A stretch of 64,000 nucleotides of DNA from Lama glama (lineage: Eukaryota), in the NCBI GenBank assembly GCA_028534125.1, contig CM052817.1:49850001-49914000 (forward strand). Direction: 5' to 3'. The position numbers and the translations under genes were made by a program. The first letter of the stretch is position 1, and the number at the start of each line of letters is the position of its first letter. Shown here in pieces: positions 13,101 through 26,882 of this stretch. The notes under the pieces were generated by a model. It saw nothing but the letters and a program-made list of their open reading frames with translations, did not search any database and was not told the DNA's origin.

Positions 13101-15767
13101 AGTTCTACCTTTAAAACTACACCTTGCATATATGCCTGCTTATTAATTAATTGTTTAATTAATTTGTAAATATTTAACTATTTAAATCTTAATAAAATAT
13201 TTTTAAAATTTATCTTCAGAGTGAAAATGGAAAACATATTGAAGATCTGTACTGTGAAAAACTAATCTACATCACTCTGAGGAATGACAAATGATATGTA
13301 ATACTTAATCACAGAGACAATTTTCAGCCTATCAGAAATATAAAGAAAAGGATTTATTAAGGTTAAATATGCAACCAAGTGACTAATCAAAACCTCAATG
13401 AGTGAAGGATTCAGATTTTGTTCAGGTCCATTCTCTGTTTCTTTTCCTTTTAATGTAGATCAGTCATATTAATGCTCCATGGTACCTTTTTTTGATGAAA
13501 ATAGTATAAATGAGCTTCCATGGTGAAAGATGATCATTTCTGTGACGTAAAACAATTTTATAGTGGTTGTGTTGCTCAGTAAATTCATGTATGTTTAGTT
13601 TTAAGGTTTACAGAAATCTACCACATAAACATTTTTAAATATCCCATAAAACGCATTTCACAAGAGAATTCAGCTGATCTCTTCTAAGTGTGTAGTGCTA
13701 GAATCCTAGGAAAACTATCTGAAAAATAGGATTAATTAACTAATTTATCAGTTGGATTTAGGTAAAGTAATAAATTCACGTAAGTGGAGTTATAATCCAT
13801 GGTCTATGTAAAATTTAAGTTATAAATGTACCTACTGCTACTGTAAAATTCTTCCTTATACTTTACAATCATACAGCTTAGTTTTCATTATTATTATGTT
13901 TCAGGCTTCTTTTTTTAGGAAATGAAATGTTCACTGGACAGTAGACTTTTAGGGAGCCCTCATTCTTACCAGCACTCCCAAAACTTAAATTCTTAATTCC
14001 TAACCTCAGAAAGACACCAAATAGGAAACAATGGTCATGGATTTGCAATACTACAGATCCAAAAGTCCATATGGAGAGCATCTATGCATCTTTTCTAATC
14101 TGATATTCAGTAGTGAGTGAATTAAGCTTATTTTGCTCCAGTAAAATTAATTTGTTGACTCTTTCCCAAAAGATGTTTGTCATCAACTATTCCTATTCCT
14201 CCCTACTCTTTTCTAGGTGGCTTTCCTTGGTGCATCCAATTTTTTATGCATACATCTGCCATAGCACTTATCACTTAATATTGAGTTATCTACTTAATTG
14301 TACATCTCTTCCACCACACTTCAGGTTCATCAAGGGCAGGGTCCATGTCTTTTCTTCTTTGATTCCCAGCCCAAAGGAGAAAAACCAATGCTAACATTTG
14401 CTGAGCTGTTTTTTAAAACTGCTTTATCATATTATTCTTTGATGGTAATCTCCTTCTTGGCAGGGGCAGTGACTTTGTGTGTGTGTGTGTGTGTCACTTC
14501 CTTTATGGGGTACATTGTAAACAGAGTATCTCAGGTTACATTGTTGACTCCCTGATTCAGAGGTAAATCCATAGGAGTTCCAGCCTTTGAGTGTGAGCCA
14601 AGAGATTTAAAAGGAAAGAAACAAACAGCCAGAGCAGTGACTCAGTAGAAAAAAAGTATCAGCTTGTCATTTCTCCATTCATTGTACCTGTCTTCCACCT
14701 ATCTATGGATAGTTATTATATTAAGCTCTGAAATAATAAAACTATTAAAAGTTTTAACTTACTTTACAGTCAGAAACATTTCTTTCTAGCAAGTCATGCA
14801 TCAATAAAGAGAATCTCAAAGAAGAAAGTTTTGTGAACAAAGTAGGGTTTCTAAATAATTAGTTCTTAAGATATAGGAATTAACATTTTTCCAATTGAGT
14901 TACAGGAGTTGAATTATTTCCCAAAATCTTAATATGGTTTTATATAATTTACCAACCACACGAAGCTCAAAATCAAACACTGGTATTAAGTCAAATAAAA
15001 ATTACCCTCTGCAATCCAGCCATAAAAGGATTAGATGGACATACACTATCTGTTTAAGTAGGTGTGCCTCATATTTACTCATAGTCCATCTGACTGCTGA
15101 ATTGCTCCTGCTTTTTGTTCAGACAGGTTGACTTCCCAGTAAAGAATTCTTTTGTCTCCCTGATTTGTTGTGCAACTTAATATAAGAATGTTTAATTGAA
15201 AATGACATATATAACTGGATACTCCCTCCTGGACTTACAGAAATCCAAGAGCATGATAAAAACAAACCTACATTGGCATTTATAGTATTTAATTTGTAGA
15301 GCAAGTGGTGATTTCTTTTTGAAGAGAAACTTAAGTAGAAATGGTTAGTGGATTTACAGTTCTCTGCATCTGAAACTTGGAACATAATTGTAATCACTTA
15401 TTCACTCTCTCCTCACACACTTTGCACATGCATTAAACAGGCTTACAATTCTGCAGGGATGTGGAGCCCATAGCAAAATTATCTGGAGTAAATCTCTATA
15501 ATATTCTCTAGATGTCTAGGAATGGGTAGACAGTGTTAAAGTCTGCCTTGTTACTAAAATTTTTTTTATCTAAAATGAATGGGAAATGGAATGTCATGTT
15601 TAATTGAATGTTCTGAATAATTGAAACTTACTACACAAAATGTACTGATTTTTAAATGATCAAAATACAGCAAAATGCACACAACACCAAAAAAATGCAC
15701 TAAGTATAATAGTGTACATACTCTTTCCTAATTACTAATTATTTGTTCTGGTATATGACTGTTTGAG

Positions 15768-16220
15768 TGTCTTAGCCTGTTTCCTCAAAAAGCAGAGCCA
15801 GAGCCAGAGGCTTGCATGCAGTAGCTGATTTGAGAAAGAGTTAAGGACAGAAAGAGTGAAACAGGGAGAGGAAGTTGGCCGTCACTAGCTGCAACTCTAG
15901 CTCCTTCCCACAGGACCTTATGAATTATAGTTTGGAACCATATTCCCCTGTGACTAAACAGGGAAGGGTCAGTCTATCGCCTCCTATCCTGCATTGGCTC
16001 CAATAGAGTTAACTCCCACATTTCCTATTGTCCATCTCAGAAGTCCAGTGGGTTCCTTCTGGCAAAAGGTGAGAAGTCTTAGGTGATGACATGAGAAGGG
16101 CATTTGTCAAGTTTCTCCTGAGTACAGCAGATCCAAATCTGAGGGCCATTGGTCACCACACTGTGGCTGGAATAAGAGGGACTAAGAGTATTTATAGTGG
16201 CACATAAAAGATGTCAAACA
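15768..16220. mobile_element. Old ERVL/MaLR-class LTR fragment
   Basis: Begins tgtcttag...aagcagagcc...aggcttgcatgc, typical of old ERVL LTRs; family uncertain. Confidence 0.4.
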
Positions 16221-16540
16221 CATTTGGTATCTGGTGATTTGGATTTAAGATACTGTGAAAGATCCCCATGTTTCGAATATTTCAGTACTTTCTAGGACCC
16301 AAGACCTCTTTTTCAAATAACCTGTAATGGGGAACTTGAGAGTCTTTTTAGAAACAGAATAATGAATACTAAGATTATATTACCCTCTATACTAATCTCT
16401 GAACATAGAAATTACAGTCAAGATTGATAAAATAATTATGCCTACAGAACAATGTGTTTCCCAAAACAAAATAATTAATATTAAAACAAAATGTGTTCAT
16501 AAATGTAAATATTTCCATTTTCTTCTCCCTTAACTCTTAG

Positions 16541-16579
16541 ACATTGCAATGCCGACAGCAGAAAATCTTCTCCATACCT
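16541..16579 (+). CDS. TMPRSS11C: TMPRSS11C-like 39-nt linker exon, DIAMPTAENLLHT
   Basis: ccttaactcttag|AC...ACCT|gtaagt; phase 1-1; resembles mouse DIAMPIAEDLLNT as recalled. Confidence 0.88.
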
Positions 16580-18652
16580 GTAAGTTCATAACAGTTATTT
16601 TCTGGTAAAACTTATTTCCTTGGATGGCAAAAAAAAAACCTTCACTTGAGAGTCAATGTGTGTATCTGTAAAGTTGTAATAGAAACTTGTATTAAGATGA
16701 CTGTAAATGGTCTTAAATTGGCTGATCTCATGAATTTAAAATGAGGAACGTATTATCACAGGCCATAATAGCAGAGGGGCTCCAAGGACAAGCAGTGATA
16801 ATTAAGAACTTAAAATCTAATACTAGCTACACATCAGTTTTGAGCCCCAGATCTGCCACTTACTAACTGGGTGAATTTACACAGCTTATTTAACTTCTCA
16901 AACCTTCAGTTCCAGGTTGTGATGATAAAAGAAGGTACAAGTGAAATACTTTAAAGAGTATACGGCTCATAAGAAGCCCTCAAAGGTTGTCAGCTGTTTG
17001 CATTTTCTACTCTGCTTATGAAAACTTTAGGTCTAGGAACTCACTGTGGAATTCTGATCCTAGAAGCCAAGTTTTATGTGCTGAGAAATCAGTTGTCTTA
17101 CATGCAAGCAGCTCCCTGCTGGCCAAGGCATTCTGCTTCTCTTTTCACACTAGCTGCTCTGGGAAATGTGATCCCCAAGGTTGCTAGAACCTAGAGCACA
17201 CTGTCAGGAGAAGCACTCGTATCTGGGGACTGAGGTTGATTGGAGCAACTGGATTAGAGGACTCGCCCTCCTGAGCCGGGTGACACTGACCCTGATGGCT
17301 TTTACCATCCTTCAGTCTCATCATAATTATTTCTGAGCAAACTGGGCAAAACTTAAACACAAATCTGTTTTAGATTGTCTTTCTCTGTGATATATTTTGA
17401 CTGAACAAACCTCAAGCAACTTACTAAGAGATTTTAAAGGCAGTTATTCTGACTTTAATCAATCAAAAACTTTGGTACTGATACACTCAAAATCCACAAC
17501 TAAGGATTTGTCAGGTTGGTAGAAGAGAGGTAGTCAACACAGGAATAAAAGCAGTGGTAAGAAAGAGATCGGCCAATTTGTCCATCCCCCAGCTTAAACA
17601 CTAAACAACCATCCAGACCAGTATCTTGAATTTGACTTGGTTTAGCTGAGATTTTAATTGTACCTTAAATAAAAAGGGAGAAGGGATAGGTAACCAAGAA
17701 AAAACAAACAGGGTTGAAGAGAGAATAGAGTTTGGCATGTGACATAAAGTGTATTTAAGTGCAGTAATAAGTGATGGAATAGATGTTAGAAGGGTAGGGA
17801 GGGTGAAGAGCTTAGTAAATTGTCTGATGATTCTGAAAGTATCACCCAGCATGTCTTCATTACGTACCTTAAGTCCTTGAAATTTACCTGATGACCTCTT
17901 TTGGAGTAACAAAAGCTATAAGGTGCCAGGTAAGATTTCAGCAGAGGTAATAACAAGGTAGTACTGCAGAGGTACTTAGAGCTTAACAGACACAACAGTC
18001 ATGAGTAAATGAAAACTCAGAATGAAAATTGGTGAATAGATACAAATTAGATTAAAATCCTGTGTAAGAGCAGAAACAGGGAAATAGAGTCACCCAGGGG
18101 AGGTTCTCCTAGACCAAAGAGAAACATCTTTGTTTTCATCTTCCTCTGAAGGAAGTTGAGCAAAAGCCAACTTCCTTTAGGAGTTGTCCAAACTGAAGGG
18201 AGGATTGGGAGGAACCCTTATACCTTTAGGTTCTGCATTGTTTGCTTTATCCTCTGTAGCTTCCATGATAAGGGAGTGGAATGAAAGAGGGAAGGAAAAG
18301 GGAGTCACAGTCAGTGAGTCAATGTCAGGGCTCTTTCATTCAAAAATAGCACCACAAAGGCTTTGCTTCAACTAAATGATGTTTATGAAGAGGATGCCTT
18401 AGCAACCTGAAGTTTAGGTTTCATCAAAGAGAACAATCCAGAATCGGAAGCAATATACAAACCTAAGGACCTCAGGGGGCCTTTTTAAAAGTCTACACAT
18501 ACCTCCCCTGTGCTTCTAATCTTTTCCACCCTCAGGAAAGAGTATCTCAAGATACATCTTGTTGCATATAATTAACATCTCTGAAACGATTGACTAATCT
18601 TTACAATTAAGTTAAATGTTCTCATTCTTGGTACAAATACCTTTCTCTAACT

Positions 18653-18885
18653 CAGAGTTTCTCAGCCTTAACTACTGACATTTTGGGCCACATAATTCGT
18701 TGTTTCAGGGACAGTCCCATGCATTGCAGGATTTTTAGCAGTATTCCTGGCCTTCACCCATTAGATACCAGTAGCCCAACACTGCCCCTCCCAGTTATAA
18801 CAACCAAAAATGTCTCCAGATACTGCCAAATTTCTCCTGGGAATAGGAGATGGTATCCAAAGTTGTCACTGATTGAGAACCATTA
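18653..18885. mobile_element. MER20 (hAT-Charlie) DNA transposon
   Basis: MER20 motifs: actactgacattttggg, tttagcagtattcctggcc, acaaccaaaaatgtctccaga, ttgagaacca. Confidence 0.85.
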
Positions 18886-19908
18886 CTTTAATCTACAGCC
18901 ACTGCATTGATTTTTGCAAGTTTTACTCACTCTCTAAATTCTTAAGAACAAACTTCTTACAGAACAGAGTTTTGCAGTCAAATATCATTTTGACTTTAAG
19001 ATATCTCATGGATTACACTATAGACTTCATTTCTACAGTTGAGAAATTGTATGAGCTCCTTTTATGTGGTGGGTTCTCTCCAGTAGGTTCTAGAGATACA
19101 TTAAAAAAAAAAAGGTGTGATTCTTGCCCTCTAAAAGTATTTATTAATGAGGCTTGTAATCTTTAGCAAAAGGTATCATAAACTGCTAAATGATAAGTTC
19201 TTTAATTGGAGTAAGATGAGATAGTCAAGAGAATCAGAGAGAGGGTCAGATAGAGTAATAGTGAAGTTATACTGTTACTGCAGATTTGCTTCAAAGACTT
19301 AAAGAATCTAGCAGTTTCTCTGGATCTAAATTGACACTAAAGCACAGTCCTGATTCAGAGAAGCATCCAGCTTTGGGGGAGGGTTGGCTATCTTCATGTG
19401 TGTTATTCCTTTTATCCAGGTATTGTGTATTGTAACTTGAAAACAAACACGTTTCTGTCTACTCTGTCTCTCATCAATATCTCATTCACATGTACATTCA
19501 CTCACACTTTCTTATGAGTGTTTCATAACGATCATTGCTTTAAACAAGTGTTCATGAAATTAAAAAGCACGTATTTCCCCATGCAATTTAATAATTTGTT
19601 ACACAATTATTATCTTTAATATTCAAACACTTAGTTCCACCTACCTCTTTCAGTAGGTCATAGTGAGGCCATACACACACACAAAGGTTTTATGTGAGTG
19701 ATGAGGATGGGGGAGAAAGATGTCAATCAATTTTGAATGAATTCTCAGGAAATCTCATGTCATCAGTCAGTTAGTCCTAACTTCTCCAAGACTATGAGTT
19801 TTTCCTCAGTTAATAGTGACATGTATTATAAGAAGGTTGTTTACTATAGCAATGCATGCATAAGCAATATCAATCTCATTATATGCTAATGAATTCCATT
19901 TTGAGCAG

Positions 19909-20080
19909 GTTGTGGACGTCGCACAATAACTTCTTCTGGGAACAAGATAGCAGGGGGCATGGATGCTGAGGAAGGGGAATGGCCCTGGCAAGCTAGCCTT
20001 CAACAGAACAATGTCCACCGATGTGGAGCCACTCTGATTAGTAACAGCTGGCTTGTCACTGCTGCTCACTGTTTCATAAA
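19909..20080 (+). CDS. TMPRSS11C: TMPRSS11C-like exon with activation site K|IAGG and catalytic His (AAHC)
   Basis: ttgagcag|GT...AA|gtaagc, 172 nt; [57 protein letters not shown]. Confidence 0.95.
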
Positions 20081-20253
20081 GTAAGCTCTGGACCACATAA
20101 AGACCTCAAATTCAATTACCTAAAAATCTGATACATATCTTTCAAGAATATGGCCACACAGCTACACTTCCAACTGCTCAATATTGTGAGGTATAGCTCG
20201 AAATTACTCAATGAAGTATTATTAAAAAAAAAAAAGATATATTCAGGCTAGAG

Positions 20254-20501
20254 CTAGGTTGTCAACAGTGTCACCACTGACATTTTGGATCAAATAATTC
20301 TTTGTTGTGGGGATTATTATTATCCAATTATTTGTTGGATCAAGTAATTCTATCCTGTGTATTATAGTATATTTAGGAGCATCCCTGGCCTTTATCCAGC
20401 AGATGTCACTAGCATCCCCTCAAGACTGACAATCAAAAATATCTCCAGTCATTAGCAAATGTCTCCTGGAGGACAAAATAGCCCTCAGCTGAGAATCACT
20501 A
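20254..20501. mobile_element. MER20 DNA transposon (second copy, small internal duplication)
   Basis: Same MER20 motifs; ttggatcaa(a/g)taattct occurs at 20285 and 20335. Confidence 0.8.
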
Positions 20502-21301
20502 AGCTAAATCTACTTAATTCAACTTTATAAGGAAACTGTAAATCCCAACCTGAACATGGGTCTTCTGTTTCTTTCTCATCATTATTACATTTGGCCTTAT
20601 TTCTTTAATCATTAAGTATTTCAATTCATCTTGCCTTCTCCCATATATGTTATAGCTCCATTTGAAACGATTTTTTCTTTAAAGGATATATTATTACACC
20701 AAAGTTTGCTTTTTTTGTACCCAAATGGTTTTTACCCTTTTGTTTGATTGTTCATTTCACTCATTTCTCTTGGTTTTATGTACCACTTAGTGGTTTTACA
20801 TGAAGACAAAAATCCCTCTCACCCTTGAGAATTTGAAAATGCTCCTGCAGCACTTATTTTTCAGTGCCTAATGTACATCCCTTGATTAACAAGTAATAGT
20901 AAAAGTCAGAAATGTCTTTCTATTTATAGTTTTTAATGATTATAAAAGAGGATTTAGACTGTTCCCTTAATTTCCATAATTTTACTCTGTCCCAAGCCCT
21001 TGCCCACTTTTTATTTAACCTAATTATTTTGTGTTGTTATATTTATCTTTCTAAACCCTTTTCTTTTCTTTACAAAAAGGAATAAAATGTGGTCTCCATG
21101 GGTTATCTTTTAAAATAGAGTTTTCAGAGTCTATTCATGTATTCCTCATTTTTATTTTTTCTTACATATAGCCATACTGTTGTATGCTTATATTCACTAT
21201 GGGAATTCAAAACATATCTATTTCTTTAAAAAAAGTATAAGATACTAATTCCTACAACTCCAACATACAAGCCTTTTAATAAATAAACCTATTTTCTTTA
21301 G

Positions 21302-21561
21302 GGCCAGGGATCCCAAAGAATGGAATGTTAGTTTTGGGCTTCTTCTAAGTCATCCACAAACCCAGCAAAGTGTCAAGGATATTATAATTCATGAAGACTA
21401 CCACTACCCAACACATGATAATGACATTGCTCTTGTGCATCTGTCTTCACCAGTATTATATACAAGCAACATCCGAAGAGCATGTCTTCCAGAAACTACT
21501 TATTCATTCCCACCCAATTCAGATGTGGTCGTCACTGGATGGGGAACATTACAATCTGATG
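21302..21561 (+). CDS. TMPRSS11C: TMPRSS11C-like exon with catalytic Asp (HDNDIAL)
   Basis: ttctttag|G...GATG|gtgagt, 260 nt; ARDPKEWNVSFG...HDNDIALVHLSSPV...ACLP...VVTGWGTLQSD. Confidence 0.95.
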
Positions 21562-22587
21562 GTGAGTTCCTAAACTTCCTCTATTATATAGTTTGAGTTT
21601 TAGGAGTTAAAAAAAAAAAGAATCACAGCTAAGTTTGAGAAATACTCTTTCTGGGTCATTTTAAAAGAAATAATGTGCAGTGGATTGAAAAGCATCTTCA
21701 ACAGCATTCATACAGAAACTATAATTTGATTGAGCTATTTACCTTAATTTCCCTTAACAATGGCAATTTTTACATAAATGCATTATTTGAATAAGTAATT
21801 CCTTTTCCTCCATTTCATTCATTCATTTACTCATTCAATAAACATTTATTTTGATTACCACCTTTGTTCCATGTACTGTCCTAGGTCATTTAAATATATT
21901 AATGAATAAAATAGGCAAATTTTCCTCCCCTTGTAAAGCTGACATTCTTAGCAAAGAAAGACAGACAATATTCATGAAATATAATAACTAAGAAGATTAC
22001 ACCACATATTTTATGCAGAGCAATACCATAAGAATAATAAGGACTGCAGGGAATTGGACATTTTGGATGGGGTGAAATAAGTAGCCCTCTGTGACAGAGC
22101 AATGCTTGAGCAAAGACCATTTAAACATATACATCCCCATGACCCTAATAATGTAAGATTTAGTGGCTATTTAGGTTCATCAGTACATTTGAAAGCAGAA
22201 AAAAAAACCTAAAATTAATTCCACAATTCAGAACAGTAACAAACAGCAGAAAATCTAAAAATGATCATAAAATGTATATTTCTGGAATATGAATTTTTCT
22301 TTTTTTCCTAAGGCATACATGTAATAAATATAAACTTCCAAAACAATTCAAAAGAAAAAAAATCCCATCTTATCTGGATGAACATACTGTTTCTAAATAA
22401 GGTCATTTTTAACAATAGCTGGATGTGTTCATAACACCTTTATTACTCAGAAAGGAGACAAAAGCAAGCTTAATTAAAACGTATTTTTTATATTGGTTTG
22501 GAAATTGTACATAGTATCGGATACTAATAACCTAGTTAGAGAGATTACTATTGATATTAGAAAAATTACATAATTTTCTTCTTTTAG

Positions 22588-22730
22588 GAGCAAGTCCTAA
22601 TATACTCCAGAAAGGACTAGTGAAGATTATAGATAATAAGACCTGCAACAGTAAAGCAGTATATGGTGGTGCAATCACACCTGGAATGTTGTGTGCTGGG
22701 TTCCTGGAGGGGAGTGTGGATGCCTGCCAG
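22588..22730 (+). CDS. TMPRSS11C: TMPRSS11C-like exon with S1-pocket Asp (DACQ)
   Basis: cttttag|GA...CAG|gtaaat, 143 nt; [21 protein letters not shown]...[16 protein letters not shown]. Confidence 0.95.
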
Positions 22731-23559
22731 GTAAATCTGCCTATTCCATTTTCAGACAGAGCTTTTTATGTGGTTTTTAATTTCCAATTAACCTGTTCAG
22801 TTGTTTCACTGACAATTTTTAAAGGCTTAATTATGTTTTATAGCCAGAGTAGCTGGCTACAATTATATTGCTATCTGATAGGTCTCATTGTAGTATGAAA
22901 GGGCTAAACCACCCTTACTGTTACAAGAAGCTGTGAGTGAGGGTGAGAATAAGACTCAATTTGGAATAAGCAATAAAGAGATGAAATAAAATATTGGTGA
23001 ATTTAATTTGATTCACCCTCTTTCACAGGAAAACTCTCAACTGAGTCTAACACCAAACCTAATGATCGTGGAGCTTTCTTAATTTAGACTGATTCCAATA
23101 TCCCAAGTATTTTACTTATTTGAAAACACTTATATCTTCATGTGCCAGGCAGTTTTAAGCTCCTTATGAATAATAATTTATTCAAGTTATGATAACCTTG
23201 TGATGTATGTTTATACTATTATAAACCCTATTTCTCATGTGAAGAGATCGAGACAAAGAGATCAAGTGGTTTGTCTAAACTAACACAGACGTTAAGTGGC
23301 AGAACTGAGATTTAAATTCAGGAAACTAGACTCCACAGCCTGTATTCTCAATGCTACACTGAGTTGCCTCTCCATATGCTAATATGCTTCAAATACCTCT
23401 GATCCCATTCATAAGCAATAGTCTTAGAACTAACAAAAATACTACTGTGCTTATCTAGGCACACAGAATTAGTGATAAATCCAGGAGGAGGCTTATGTTA
23501 TTCATTCAATTTAATTTATTCGTTATTCTTGCACTCTGGGAGCTAGAAGATGTGCAAAC

Positions 23560-25189
23560 AAGTACTTACAATACATAATCATCATCTCTCATTACAGATT
23601 CCCATCTTCCCAACTGTCCCACTAAACCTATTGTTCAAAGTCATGACAAATTTCAATTTTTGTCCCTCTCAATTTTCTCTGTCATCCACAATCCTATGAC
23701 TCTCTTGTAGCCTTGTGCAGCCTAGAACCCATGCTTTATCATTTCAGCCATTACTGACAGCACCCTCAGTGATTTCACCATCTTCTGCTTTCCCTACACC
23801 CATTCTAATCTCCAAACACAGGGCAACTATCTACTTTATTTGCTTTTATATGCAATTTCCTGAGCACAACTAGAAGCAATCTTGCAACCTTATAAATATA
23901 AAGCTTTATCTCACATAGTTACAGCTGGGTCCTTAACACACTATAGAATTCTTTAATGCATCTTTTTATGGTGCCATATCAAACTTTTAGTATATTCATT
24001 GAATATAACCCACCATGCCCTTATATACCCTAACAAATGACATTTCCTCCTACTAACTAGAAAAAAAATGAAAGCAACTGCTCCTTTAATTTCTTTTCAT
24101 CCTGAGAGATTTGTATTTTGCTTATCCTTAACCATATTAGCTCAGGATGAACAAGTTTCTTCAACAATTCAAAGCTAATCTTTTGCATATTCCTTATCCA
24201 CTGTTTTCATCTACACAGGTATTTGAACTTTTCATTAATTTTGAACTTTCTTCCATATTTTCCAAACTTCCACTGTAATGGACTCTTCAACATAGTCTGC
24301 AAACATTATTAGTTCTCTCCCTTGAAAATACCCTGTTCTGTGTTTCTTTTTCCCTTCTTGGTCAAATCTTTAATGATAGTTTACCACCATTGTTCCACAT
24401 TCTCAAACTTATTACTCTCTGACCCACTACTTGCAGACTTTTGCCTTACTAGTCCACTGAAAGTACTCTAGCTAGGATTACTAATGATTTTCTAATTGTC
24501 AAATTCAATACATGCAGAATAGTAAATGGACTGGAAGCAAGTGAGCTAGAGATAGAGGGATCTACTAAAATATTTTGCCTGAGAAAGGATATAAGGGCTT
24601 CAACTAAGTAAGAATAAAGAGAATAAGACAGCTGAGTTAACAAGACTATGGGACTAATCAAATGTGAGGAAGAAGAAAAGGAGGAATACACGCTAGCTCC
24701 ACAGTTTTCCCTGAGCAACTGGAGAGAAGGTGTACAGGAGAAAGAGTAGATTTAAAGAGAATAAAAGTTCAATTTGAAGTGTGCTAAATTTTAGGTGCCT
24801 GTGGAATATCCAGGTACATCTGTCCAAAATGGCATTGTAAATGAAAACCTTTAGCTCAGGATAAAGTTCTGGCTAGAGATATATACCTGAAAGTCATTGT
24901 CACCTGGGTGGTAGTTAAATTCTTGAGCATGGATACAACAGCTTAGATAAAGTGTGCACAATAAGAAGGCACGACATACAGAACTCAGGTACACACACTT
25001 TTAAGGGGCCAACATTACAAGATACAAAAGATGAGAAAACAAAAAGCATAAGAAATTGGTCTCATAGGAGTCCACGGATCAGAAAAAAAGAGGGTAGTTA
25101 ATAGTGACACATGCCATCAAGAAGTCTATTAAATTCAACAATTATTTATTGATAAAGTTTGGAATGGTACATTGGTGGAAAAACCATTT
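23560..25189. mobile_element. Ancient L2 fragments (both orientations)
   Basis: L2-like phrases (ctaggattactaatgattttctaattgtcaaattcaa; aagttcaatttgaagtgtgctaaattttaggtgcctgtgg); boundaries approximate. Confidence 0.55.
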
Positions 25190-25203
25190 AGAAGGAAGCT
25201 GAG

Positions 25204-26346
25204 TAAAAGATTTTTAGTTTGATGAGATCTCGTTTAATTTTGCTTTTGTTGCCCTTGCCTGAGGAGACGTATCCAAAAAATATTCCTAAGATCAATGTCA
25301 AAGAGGTTACTGTCTATGTTATCTTCTAGGATTTTTATGGTTTCAGGTCTTACCTTTAAGTCTTTAACCCATTTTGAGTTTACTTTTATATATGGTGTAA
25401 GAAAATGGTTATTTTATTCTTTTGCATGTAGCTGTCCAGCTTTCCCAATACCATTTATTTGAAGTGACTGTCTTTCCCGCATTGTATACTGTCCTTGCCA
25501 CATGAAAAGGTGCTCAACATTGCTAATCATCAGAGAAATGCAAATCAAAACCGCAATGAAATATTACCTCACACCTGTCAGAATGGCTATTATCAAAAAG
25601 ACAAGAAGCAAATTTTGGCAAGAATGTTGAGAAAAAGGAACCTTTGTGCACTGTTGGTGGGACTGTAAATTGGTGAAACCACTACATTCCACTACTGGAA
25701 AACATTTAAAAATAGAACTACCATATGATCCAGCAATTCCACTCCTAGGGATTTATCTGAAGGAAACAAAAAAACCCCACTAATTTGAAAAGATAAGTTA
25801 CCCCTATGTTCATTGCAGCATTATTTATAACAGTCAAGATGTGGAAGAAACCTAAATGTCCATCAATAGGTGAATGGATTAAAAAGATATGTATACAATG
25901 GAATACTACTCAGCTATAAAAAAGGATGAAATGAAATCAAATGCAGCAACATGGATGGACCTGGATGGTATTATACTAACTGAAATATGTCAGACAGAAA
26001 AACAAATACCATATGATTTCACTCATATGTGGAACTAAAAAACAAAACAAAACAGAAACGGACTCATAGGTACAGACAACAATATGATGGTAACCGAGGT
26101 GGGGGAGGGCAGGGGACAGATGAAATAGATGAAGGGGATTAAGAGGTACACACTTCCAGCTATAAAATAAATAAGGACATAATATACACATAGGGAATAT
26201 AGTCAATAACATTGTAATAACTTTGGTGACAGATGGTAACTGGACTTCGTGTGGTGATCATTTCATAATGTATAAAAATATCAAATTACTATGTTATACA
26301 CCTGAAACTAACATAATATTATGTTAATTATGACTCAAATTAAAAA
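25204..26346 (+). mobile_element. 5'-truncated, 5'-inverted LINE-1
   Basis: Minus-strand L1 ORF2 segment at about 25210-25497, then plus-strand ORF2 end, 3'UTR and A-tail to about 26346. Degenerate 14-bp TSD at 25190-25203 and 26347-26360. Confidence 0.88.
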
Positions 26347-26694
26347 AGAAGTAAGTTGAGAATGGAATGAGAAATTAGAAACATCAATACAGATTACTAC
26401 TTCAAGTCGCAGAGCTATGAAAAGAAGATAATTAGGGCAATAGAGGAAGTCTTAAAATCCAGAAAAGTTGTCATTTTTCAGGTAGGCAAGACCAAAAAAA
26501 AAAAATGTATGTCTGGAGGGAAAAGACAGTGGAGGAAATGAAGACATATTAGGGAAAAAAAATAAACAAAACAATTATTCATAGAATAAGGTCCTTGATC
26601 CAAAGAACAGATGGGAGGATTAACCTTGGAAAGAACCAAATACAGCCATTTGTCTGAAAAGGAGAGTAGAAACAGATGTGAAGTGGTGGAGGTG

Positions 26695-26882
26695 AGCTGA
26701 AGGAAAGAGATGATGGGAAGTAATTGTTTAATGGGTATAGAATTTTAGTTTTGCAAGATGAAAAAAGTTCTGGAAGTGAATAGTGGTGATGATCACACAA
26801 TATGAATGTACTTAATGTCATTGAATTATATACTTAAAATGGTAATTTTTATGTTATGTGTATTTTAGACAATTAAAAATAA
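26695..26882 (+). mobile_element. L1MB-like 3' end fragment
   Basis: gtttaatgggtatagaattttagttttgcaagatgaaaaaagttctgga...aatgtacttaatgtcattgaatt. Confidence 0.75.
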
